DNA of 52,683 nucleotides from an uncultured Candidatus Bathyarchaeia archaeon (lineage in GTDB: Archaea; Thermoproteota; Bathyarchaeia; TCS64): positions 1 to 52,683 of the forward strand of contig CAZBUI010000001.1 in the NCBI GenBank assembly GCA_964495055.1, read 5' to 3'. Below, one piece after another: positions 1-7,494 of the stretch. The translations under genes were made by a program, and so were the position numbers. How positions within the stretch are numbered: the first letter of the stretch is position 1; the number at the start of each line of letters is the position of its first letter. The notes beneath the pieces were generated by a model. The model was not told the origin of the DNA. It worked only from the letters and a program-made list of their open reading frames with translations, and did no database searches.

Positions 1-4
1 CCTA

Positions 5-961
5 ATGACGGGTTACGGGAGAGGGATGACTTATGGCGCGTTCGGCGACGTGGTCATAGGGATCTGGATTCGTGGCTCTGACCTCAGCGTCTTCAACGGC
101 AGATTAAATGTAGAGGGTAATTACATCGACTTCGCGCGGGGCGGGGCGTTCGGCGGCTTCCTCTCAAGGGACGGCCTTGAGGAAGACCCAGAATATCGAC
201 CCGATCTGTTCAACCACGAGTACTACATGGGTTTCGGCGTTGCCGTGCATCAAGCATCAGGCATCGTCAACATCGAAAACAACGTCATACGAAACGCCAA
301 CGCGAGGGGGATAGCCGTGACGGGCTGCCTCCAGACGGCAGACGTATGGATACGACGCAACACCATAGAATCAGACGTCTACGGTTCATATCCTTTCTCG
401 AGCCCCGAGGCGGGGGCAGGCATTCTAGCCCAGAGCGCCTGGGGCTTCCCTTCGCCGGGGTTCAACGTCGAGATCGAGAATAACACCCTGAAGCTGGATA
501 GACTGAATTACAGCGGCATCAAAGTCCTCGGCCCCGTGATGGACAGGGAGAAAGCAGACAAGCTGAGAGGCGGCAAGATAGGGAACAACCGCATCACGCT
601 GCGGAAAGGATACGAGGGCATACACATCAGGAAATGCGACGACTTCGAGGTGATCGAAAACACGTTCTCCGGCGACGCGTACTACGGTATCCGGGTATCG
701 GGACGAATGAGCTCCCCGGAACAGGACCTGAGGTCGCTAAACAACTTGATTCAGGGTAACGACATGAGCGACTTCGGTGTAAGGGAGCCAGACAGCTACA
801 GCGATAACCATAATGACGGGCGAATGTTCGCAGAGTCACCGGGTGGTTCCTACACAGCCCACATATGGCTGGATAAATACTCGATGAACAACTCGATCAA
901 AGCCAGAGCGGATGAAAAAGTGATTAACCAAGGTAAAGAAAACAAAATCGAGTACGCCTAA
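5..961 (+). CDS. Right-handed parallel beta-helix (PbH1/NosD-like) repeat protein; may extend 5' of the window
   Basis: 318-aa ORF with repeated G-I/V-x-I/V-xxSxNxxIxxN-type beta-helix turns (NIENNVIRNANARGIAVTG, IRRNTIESD, EIENNTLKL, IGNNRITL, VIENTFSGDAYYGIRVSG). No stop lies upstream of the first ATG inside the window. Ends with TAA. Confidence 0.6.
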   Translation: MTGYGRGMTYGAFGDVVIGIWIRGSDLSVFNGRLNVEGNYIDFARGGAFGGFLSRDGLEEDPEYRPDLFNHEYYMGFGVAVHQASGIVNIENNVIRNANARGIAVTGCLQTADVWIRRNTIESDVYGSYPFSSPEAGAGILAQSAWGFPSPGFNVEIENNTLKLDRLNYSGIKVLGPVMDREKADKLRGGKIGNNRITLRKGYEGIHIRKCDDFEVIENTFSGDAYYGIRVSGRMSSPEQDLRSLNNLIQGNDMSDFGVREPDSYSDNHNDGRMFAESPGGSYTAHIWLDKYSMNNSIKARADEKVINQGKENKIEYA

Positions 962-1013
962 CAAATTATCATAGGCGAGGATACCTTACCTAGTGTTTCT
1001 CCCGTGAACCCTC

Positions 1014-1118
1014 TTAGTCCTCGTACTCTTTCCGGTAGGCTTTCCAGTATTTTCGGCCGATGAACGCGAGAACCATTAGGAAGAGCATGCCTACTATTCG
1101 AGAACCCAGATCAACCAT
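1014..1118 (-). CDS. Candidate small single-pass membrane peptide (34 aa)
   Basis: Hand translation of the minus strand gives MVDLGSRIVGMLFLMVLAFIGRKYWKAYRKEYED. It has one hydrophobic helix and a charged tail. GGTGAAGAAAGG lies directly upstream of the ATG, and a T8 tract with a TATTGAA element lies about 25 nt upstream. It is too short for the ORF track. Confidence 0.25.
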   Translation of the reverse strand: MVDLGSRIVGMLFLMVLAFIGRKYWKAYRKEYED

Positions 1119-1464
1119 CCTTTCTTCACCTACATTCAATAAAAAAAAGTCAAGTTATCAAGACGACGGAGGATCATTGCAACAATTTAATACGAATACA
1201 CCCTTTGGAGGATCGGTTAATCATAAACCCAAGTTTTACCTCGTTGCCTTGAGATGCAAGGTCATCAGCGTAACTCGCTTGATAAGACTAACGTGGCTAT
1301 TTTATACCGCTGAGTACTCCGCTGCCTCCCGTCATGTGTTTAAGCCTTAAAGCCGCTGGGACGCTGATGTATTCTCTCGACTCGACGAAATTTACCTCAC
1401 TCAAACCCCAGCCCTTGACGACGTCGAGGAAATCCTCGCTGTAGAACTCGTCGTTGAAGAGGTC

Positions 1465-2052
1465 CTAGAAAGCGAAGGTCCCACCCTCTCTGAGAACACG
1501 CAGAGCCTCCGCTATCAACTCCGTTCTATCCTCGACCCTTATCGCGTGGAACACGAAGTTGCTCAACATCGCGTCAAACTCACCGTCGCTGAACGGCAGA
1601 TCCACGGCGCTGGCCTTCTCGAAACCGACCCTGCCGGATACGCCCTCTATCTCCGCGTTTCTCATACATCTCCGCCTTGAGTATGTCCAGGGCTCCCCCC
1701 AGTAGTCGATGCCCTTTACCAAGGCTTCAGGGTGCCTCCGCGCGAGGAGTCTAGCCACTGGTCCGCTGCCGGTGCCTATGTCGAGGGCTTTCCCACTTCC
1801 ATCCCACTTGAGCCGGTCGATCAGAAGATCCCAGAACAGTCTCTGCATCGTCTTGTCGTCTTTTTCAAGCAGCCAGTATACGTATACAAGGTAGATGAAG
1901 AAGCCGAGAAACAGAATCGAAACTATCCTGAACACGCCCACAAATAGTCGAACGTCAAGGAACAGGGTGACGAGATAGGAGAAGACTGAGGCTAACAGGG
2001 ATAACGACAATATTTTTAGGGGAACCCAGTTGCCGTAATCCGGCTTCTCCAT
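1465..2052 (-). CDS. Class I SAM-dependent methyltransferase with N-terminal transmembrane segments; ends at a TAG followed by an in-frame, family-like C-terminal continuation
   Basis: SAM motif I LDIGTGSGPVA, post-I KGIDY and a C-terminal LREGGTFAF. Two or three N-terminal hydrophobic helices. The reading frame stays open for 55 more codons after the TAG (see finding). Confidence 0.8.
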   Translation of the reverse strand: MEKPDYGNWVPLKILSLSLLASVFSYLVTLFLDVRLFVGVFRIVSILFLGFFIYLVYVYWLLEKDDKTMQRLFWDLLIDRLKWDGSGKALDIGTGSGPVARLLARRHPEALVKGIDYWGEPWTYSRRRCMRNAEIEGVSGRVGFEKASAVDLPFSDGEFDAMLSNFVFHAIRVEDRTELIAEALRVLREGGTFAF

Positions 2053-2115
2053 GAATAAAAACCATATCTGACGGGAATAAAAAGGTGTATCAGCCGCCCA
2101 CGGCGGCCACCCGGA

Positions 2116-3282
2116 CTAGCCCTGCAGCTCGTTCACCAGCAGCGGCAGGAAGGTTCCCACGTCCGTGACCACCCCCACCGCCTGGCTAGTGCCCCGGTCG
2201 CTGAGCTTGGTCACCACCGCCGGGTTGATGTCGACGCACACGATCTTCACGCTGCTGGAGAGCATGTTCCCCACCGCTATGCTGTGGAGGGTCGACGCCA
2301 GCATCACCACATAGTCAGCGTCCCTCACCGCTTCCCTGTACCGAGCCTGGGCCTCGTCCATGCACTTCACCACCTCGGGTATGGGCCCGTCGTCCCTGAT
2401 GGAGCCCGCCAGCACGAAAGGCACCTGGTTCTTTATGAGCTGGTAGAATATGCCGCTCTTGAGCCGGCCACTCTCCACCATGGCCCTCAGGGACCCCGCC
2501 TTCAGGACCTCGTTTATCGCCGCAATGTGGTTCCTGGGGCTCTGCACCCGGCTGTGTATGAGGTCCACCCCCAGGGAGGTCCCGTACAGCGCGCTCTCCA
2601 CGTCGTGGACCGCCAACGCGTTGCCCGAGAGGAGGGCGTCCACGTAGCCGAGCTCCACCATCCGGGCAAGGTACGGCGCGGCGCCGGTGTGCACCACGGC
2701 GGGACCCGCCACCACCACTATCTTGCCGCCGTTCTCCGCCCTTCCCCTGAGGCTCCGAGCTATCGCGCGGATGATGGACGTCGCCGGCCGCTCCGGCGAG
2801 ACGTCGCTGCCCATGAACTCGAAGACGCCCACACCCTCGCGGGGCCTCTCCGGGGGCTTGATTCTGACGCCTCTCTCGCCCACCACCACCAGGTCGCCCT
2901 TCTCCACCATGCTTATCGGCTTGCAGTACGCCCTGCGGCTGCCGGGCTCCACGATGATCTGCTTGTCCATCATGAGACCCTCTACTCGTACCCAGCCTCC
3001 GCCCATGTACACCCACGTCGGGTGATGGGTGGTGCAGTAGAACTCGTCGGGTAGCACCATGTCCGCTGGGGCGGGCAGGTACTCCACCTCAGGGGTCTCC
3101 GGTAGAGTCGCGCCCAGCCGCAGCACCTCCCCGAGAATCTCATCTAGATGCTCCATCGTCTCCCCGGCTACCCGGATCCTCGTGGAGCTGTAGTCATTTT
3201 TCTTCTTCCCAACATTGAACTCGAGGAACTCGAACTCGCCCCGCTGATCCATTATGGCGTCCAGAATCTTAGAAAGGATCAT
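2116..3282 (-). CDS. TIGR00300 / LOR-SDH N-domain family protein (archaeal ornithine cyclodeaminase-like)
   Basis: 388-aa ORF. The N-terminal small domain (ILSKILDAIMDQRGEFEFLEFNVGKKKNDYS...RVAG) is followed by a Rossmann-like domain (GGKIVVVAGPAVVHTG, LLSGNALAVHD, AGSIRDDGP). The annotated ATG may not be the true start (see finding). Confidence 0.75.
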   Translation of the reverse strand: MILSKILDAIMDQRGEFEFLEFNVGKKKNDYSSTRIRVAGETMEHLDEILGEVLRLGATLPETPEVEYLPAPADMVLPDEFYCTTHHPTWVYMGGGWVRVEGLMMDKQIIVEPGSRRAYCKPISMVEKGDLVVVGERGVRIKPPERPREGVGVFEFMGSDVSPERPATSIIRAIARSLRGRAENGGKIVVVAGPAVVHTGAAPYLARMVELGYVDALLSGNALAVHDVESALYGTSLGVDLIHSRVQSPRNHIAAINEVLKAGSLRAMVESGRLKSGIFYQLIKNQVPFVLAGSIRDDGPIPEVVKCMDEAQARYREAVRDADYVVMLASTLHSIAVGNMLSSSVKIVCVDINPAVVTKLSDRGTSQAVGVVTDVGTFLPLLVNELQG

Positions 3283-3477
3283 GGAGTCGATGAGGTGACC
3301 CTCGACTTCAATGACTTGGGAATAGGTCTCTTCGTCCTCAACGGATCGGAAGACTATCCCTCAATCAACTCACCAAGGGGTATCTTTCCGCAGGGACGGG
3401 AAATAAAGGTTACTCAATCAAACGATGCTCTGGACAGCCTTTTAACCACAATCATCGTGTAATGCCTAGGTGAGGAA

Positions 3478-4809
3478 ATGAACGAAGACTCTCACCCGAA
3501 TATCGTTGTGACTCCCCCCGGCCCCAAGGCGAGAAGCCTCATCGAGAGGGACCGGCAACTGCTTTCGCCCTCCCTCTCCCGCACGGCTCCCCTCGTGGGG
3601 GTGGAAACGGAGGGCGTGTGGGTAAAAGACATAGACGACAACATATACCTGGACTTCGGGTCAGGCATAGCAGTCGCCAACATCGGGCACCGCCACCCGA
3701 AGGTCACCCAGGCCATCATCGAGCAGGCCCAGAGATGCGACCACGTCAACAGCTGCGACTACTTCACAGTCCCCCAGGTAGAGTTCGCCGAGAAGCTCAG
3801 CCGAGTGATGCCTTGGAAGGGCTCGAAGCGCTTCTTCTTCGGGAACAGCGGCTCCGAGACCGTCGAGTGCGCCATCAAGCTCGCCCGGGCCCACAGCAGA
3901 CGGCTGTACTTCCTCGGCTACATACGGTCGTTCCACGGCAGGACCATGGGCTCCCTAGCCTTCACGTCCACCAGCAGCAAGGCTAGGAAACACTTCGGGC
4001 CCATGATGCCGGGGGTCGTGTTAGCCCCGTACCCGTACTGCTACCGCTGCCCCTTCAAACAGGAGTATCCCGGCTGCGGGCTATACTGCCTCGACTACAT
4101 CAAGGAGCACATCTTCAGGTTCGTCGTGACCCCCGAAGAGGTGGCCGGCCTCATATTCGAGCCCCTCCTGGGGGCGGGCGGCTACGTGTCTCCGCCGGAG
4201 GAGTACTGGCCGAGGGCCCGTGAAATGTGCGACGAGCACGGCATACTGCTGATCGACGACGAGGTGCAGACGGGCTTCGGCAGGACCGGTAAGATGTGGG
4301 CGTGCCAGCACTGGGACGTGGAGCCTGACATCATGTGCATGAGCAAGGCGGTGGCCGCTGGGCTGCCCATGGGGGTGTGCGCGGCCAAGGGCGAGGTGAT
4401 GGACTGGGAGGAGGGCGCCCACGAGAACACCCTCGGCGGGAACCCGATAATAGTGTCGGCGGCCTCCGCGGTCATCGACGTGCTCACCTCAGAGAGGCTC
4501 TGGGAGAACGCCGCGAGGGTCGGGGAACACATCAAGAAACGGCTGACCGAGGCCCAGGACGAGGTGGAGATCATAGGAGACGTCCGCGGCAAGGGCCTGA
4601 TGATCGGTTTGGAGCTGGTGAAGGACAGGGAGACGAAGGAGCCGGCTGTGGACGAACGGGATCAAACCATAATAGACGCATTCAAGAAGGGACTGCTGTT
4701 GTTGGCCGCAGGCCCATGCAGCATCCGGATGGCTCCTCCCCTCATACTCACGGAGGAGCAGGCCGACAGCGGCCTAGACATACTGCTAGACGTACTGAAG
4801 AACGTGTAG
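3478..4809 (+). CDS. Class III PLP-dependent aminotransferase (4-aminobutyrate/ornithine/acetylornithine aminotransferase family)
   Basis: 443 aa. GSGIAVANIGHRHP, NSGSETVECAIKLAR, LLIDDEVQTGFGRTGKMWA and MSKAVAAGLPMG (Schiff-base Lys context) are class III hallmarks. Confidence 0.9.
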   Translation: MNEDSHPNIVVTPPGPKARSLIERDRQLLSPSLSRTAPLVGVETEGVWVKDIDDNIYLDFGSGIAVANIGHRHPKVTQAIIEQAQRCDHVNSCDYFTVPQVEFAEKLSRVMPWKGSKRFFFGNSGSETVECAIKLARAHSRRLYFLGYIRSFHGRTMGSLAFTSTSSKARKHFGPMMPGVVLAPYPYCYRCPFKQEYPGCGLYCLDYIKEHIFRFVVTPEEVAGLIFEPLLGAGGYVSPPEEYWPRAREMCDEHGILLIDDEVQTGFGRTGKMWACQHWDVEPDIMCMSKAVAAGLPMGVCAAKGEVMDWEEGAHENTLGGNPIIVSAASAVIDVLTSERLWENAARVGEHIKKRLTEAQDEVEIIGDVRGKGLMIGLELVKDRETKEPAVDERDQTIIDAFKKGLLLLAAGPCSIRMAPPLILTEEQADSGLDILLDVLKNV

Positions 4810-4875
4810 CCACCCATCCCCATCCTCGATGAGGGTTAATTGGACCCGATTTGACCGACTTATTAAAGAAATGGG

Positions 4876-5481
4876 TTAGAGCTGAGCACAGCCAAGGTTG
4901 AAAGCCGCCTCGTTTACCTCGACTGTTCTAGACGGGACACGGCTCAAGACCGCCTCGCGAAGGGACTCCTTGTCGAAGGGGAGTACCCCGCTGGCGGCCA
5001 GCGCCCCTAGGAGCACGACGTTCATGGTCCTCTCGTTCCCGGCCTCAGCCGCCAGATCCGTCGCGTCGAACGAAACTACGTTCCCTGAGAGCCTGTTTAA
5101 CGCCTCGATAAGCTTGGAGACTTCGGTGTAGGAGTCGGCGCCGATGTTCGCGTCCATGGACGGAACCGGGCGGGTATTGGTGATTATCAGAGTCTCATCG
5201 TTGGCGTACTTCAGCGCCAGCCGCAGAGCCTCATTAGGCTCCAAGCCCAAGAGAACGTCAAGAGAACCGCTGGGGCACAGGGGGCCGTAGACCTCGTCCC
5301 CGATCCTCACGTGAGAGTGTACCTTGCCTCCCCGCTGGGCGGCGCCGAAAGTCTCCCCGACCCTGACCCTGAAGCCCCTCTTGACGGCGGCCTCCGCGAC
5401 TATGTGGCTCGCGAGGACGCTGCCCTGTCCGCCGACGCCCGTGACGATGAGGTTGAACTCCTTCAAGCCCATGGCCGTCAC
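4876..5481 (-). CDS. iorB: Indolepyruvate:ferredoxin oxidoreductase, beta subunit
   Basis: 201 aa with the typical IorB N-terminus, FNLIVTGVGGQGSVLASHIVAEAA...RVGETFGAAQRGG. GTG start lies directly after the iorA stop. Confidence 0.9.
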   Translation of the reverse strand: MTAMGLKEFNLIVTGVGGQGSVLASHIVAEAAVKRGFRVRVGETFGAAQRGGKVHSHVRIGDEVYGPLCPSGSLDVLLGLEPNEALRLALKYANDETLIITNTRPVPSMDANIGADSYTEVSKLIEALNRLSGNVVSFDATDLAAEAGNERTMNVVLLGALAASGVLPFDKESLREAVLSRVPSRTVEVNEAAFNLGCAQL

Positions 5482-7494
5482 CTAGAACTCCCCCTCTCCC
5501 ACCTTGTCGTGGGCGTTGAACCTGCAGACCTCCTCTTGGGCGCATATTCCGCAGCCCACGCAGAGGAGGGGGTCGATGAAGGCCACGCCCTTGCCGCCGG
5601 CGGCGTTGGTCTTGGACTCGTCGAAACCGATGGCGGGGCACCCGAGCCAGAGGCACATCCTGCAGCCCGTGCAGCGGTCGTTCACCACGTAGTGCGGCGC
5701 TTTCTGCCGTTGGCGGCGGAGCTCTCGGGACCGCTGCAACGCGCACACTCTCCGCGGGACCACCACGGAGGGCCCGCCCTCGTGTTCAAGGGCCTCCTTC
5801 ATCGTTTCTATGGTCTCCTTCAGGTTGTAGGGGTCGACGGTCTCGACGTGCTGGACGCCCAGGGCCCTGCATATCTCCTCGATGGACGGCGTCTTGGATT
5901 CCTCGCCGAGGAGAGTCACCCCGGTGGAGGGGTTGGGCTGGTGGCCCGTCATGCAGGTCCACAGGTTGTCGAGCACCAGAATCATCTGCTCAGCCTCGTT
6001 GTACACCGCGTTTGCTATCGGGGACAGGTTGGTGTGGAAGAACGAGGAGTCGCCGAGGACGCTGACTATCTTGCCGTCCCCGTAGCCGACGTGGTACTGG
6101 CCTTGGCTGAGCCCGGTTTCGCTTCCCATGACGTAGAGGGTATCCGTCATCTCGTAGGGGGTGGTCGCCCTCCAGCGTTTCGACTCGTCGGTGTCCCCGG
6201 CTTCGATGGGGGCCGCGGCGATGCCGTACCCGCTCATCTCGTAGCACCCTATGCCCGTGTTTATGATGTTCACCTTGTCCGCCGGCAACGCCATCTTTAA
6301 CGCCCAGAAGCTGCCGATGTGGGGGCAGCCGGCGCACCAGGACGAGCTCCGCGCACACACCAGTTCAGAAAGCTCCTCTCTAACGGAGTCTTCCCCGGAT
6401 AGAGGCGGATCAACATCCAAGAACCTTGCCAGCACCGACGCCACCTTATCCGGGTCTAGCTCGTCGACGACGGGCATCACGCCGTCGGTGAGCCGGCCGA
6501 GCACCTTGACGTTCCTGTCGAGGCTGTTGACGATCCTGTACAGCTGCCGTTCGATGAGGGCTTCACCCTCCTCGACGCAGAGAACTGCGTCAACCCCGTC
6601 GAGGAAACGTTTCACCATCTCCTCAGGCACGGGGTAGGGTGTTCCAAGTATCAGCAGGTTTACGCTGTCATCCTTGTCCAGCCTGTGTAAGGCTTCCTGT
6701 ACATAGTTGGACGCCATTCCCGACGTCGCGACGCCCAGCCTAGAGCCGTTATCCGGTTTATGATGCAAGTTGTAGTCTGTGTCCTCGACGAAGCCGCGCG
6801 CCTTTTCTGTCTGCTGTTTCTGCCAGCGGTGCTTCTCTATCGGTCCGGGTGGCCCGTACACGTTCCACCTGTACGGGATCTTCCAGTGCTTGTCGAACAC
6901 TATCGGGTTGCGTTTCCTCCTTATCTCGCCCAGCGTGACGTCTCCCGAGGCGTGGCTCAGCCTGGTGCAGCTCCTCACCATGACGGGGAGCTCAAGCCTC
7001 TCCGAGAGGTCGAACGCGTCTCGGGTCATGTCCTTGGCGGACTGCTGGTCCCACGGCTCCAGCACGGGGAGCCCCGCCCAGAGCCCTGCGAACCGCGAGT
7101 CCTGCTCGTTGGAGCTGTACCACGCCCCGGGGTCGTCCGCCACCACTATGACTAGGCCGCCGCGGACGCCCGTGTAGGGCAGCGTCATGAGCATGTCCAT
7201 GATCACGTTGAGCCCGGCGCCCTTGCACGCGAACAGCGCCCTGCCGCCGACCATCGCGGCGCCAGCCGCCACCTCGAAGGCCACCACCTCGTTGGTGGAC
7301 CACTCCGCGTGGAAGCCCATCTCCCTCGCCGCGTCCGCGATGTACGGCATTATCTCCGATGATGGGGTCCCCGGGTAGGCGGCGCCCAGCTGGACACCCG
7401 CCTCCACGGCCCCCCTAGCTATGGCCTCGTTGCCCAGCATGAGCACCCTCTTGCCGGGCTCATCTTCAATAATCGACACTTCGCTCTCCTCCAT
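5482..7494 (-). CDS. iorA: Indolepyruvate:ferredoxin oxidoreductase, alpha subunit (TPP and 2x[4Fe-4S] domains)
   Basis: 670 aa. N-terminal LMLGNEAIARGAVEAGV. TPP-binding GDSSFFH. C-terminal ferredoxin motifs CTGCRMCLWLGCP and CVGCGICAQEEVC. Confidence 0.9.
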   Translation of the reverse strand: MEESEVSIIEDEPGKRVLMLGNEAIARGAVEAGVQLGAAYPGTPSSEIMPYIADAAREMGFHAEWSTNEVVAFEVAAGAAMVGGRALFACKGAGLNVIMDMLMTLPYTGVRGGLVIVVADDPGAWYSSNEQDSRFAGLWAGLPVLEPWDQQSAKDMTRDAFDLSERLELPVMVRSCTRLSHASGDVTLGEIRRKRNPIVFDKHWKIPYRWNVYGPPGPIEKHRWQKQQTEKARGFVEDTDYNLHHKPDNGSRLGVATSGMASNYVQEALHRLDKDDSVNLLILGTPYPVPEEMVKRFLDGVDAVLCVEEGEALIERQLYRIVNSLDRNVKVLGRLTDGVMPVVDELDPDKVASVLARFLDVDPPLSGEDSVREELSELVCARSSSWCAGCPHIGSFWALKMALPADKVNIINTGIGCYEMSGYGIAAAPIEAGDTDESKRWRATTPYEMTDTLYVMGSETGLSQGQYHVGYGDGKIVSVLGDSSFFHTNLSPIANAVYNEAEQMILVLDNLWTCMTGHQPNPSTGVTLLGEESKTPSIEEICRALGVQHVETVDPYNLKETIETMKEALEHEGGPSVVVPRRVCALQRSRELRRQRQKAPHYVVNDRCTGCRMCLWLGCPAIGFDESKTNAAGGKGVAFIDPLLCVGCGICAQEEVCRFNAHDKVGEGEF

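Noticed and set aside
1060-1350. The 96-aa plus-strand ORF in the spacer after the beta-helix gene.
   Set aside because: It has an implausible low-complexity composition, no upstream promoter-like element and no motif. Its 3' part lies antisense to the in-frame continuation of the methyltransferase.
2284-3054. Long antisense or alternative-frame ORFs inside GC-rich genes. Examples are 2284-3054, 5311-6300, 7784-8566, 21119-21907, 36016-37029, 38166-38930, 47561-48448 and 51608-52609.
   Set aside because: They overlap genes with strong family motifs. They are rich in Arg/Pro/Gly/His low-complexity sequence, as expected from stop-poor frames in about 65-70% GC DNA. They show no recognisable motifs.
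3148-3462. The 104-aa plus-strand ORF spanning the 2116-3282 / 3478 intergenic region.
   Set aside because: It is antisense to the 5' end of the TIGR00300-family gene and its likely upstream coding extension. It has no motifs, and the region is better explained as a divergent promoter plus the minus-strand coding sequence.
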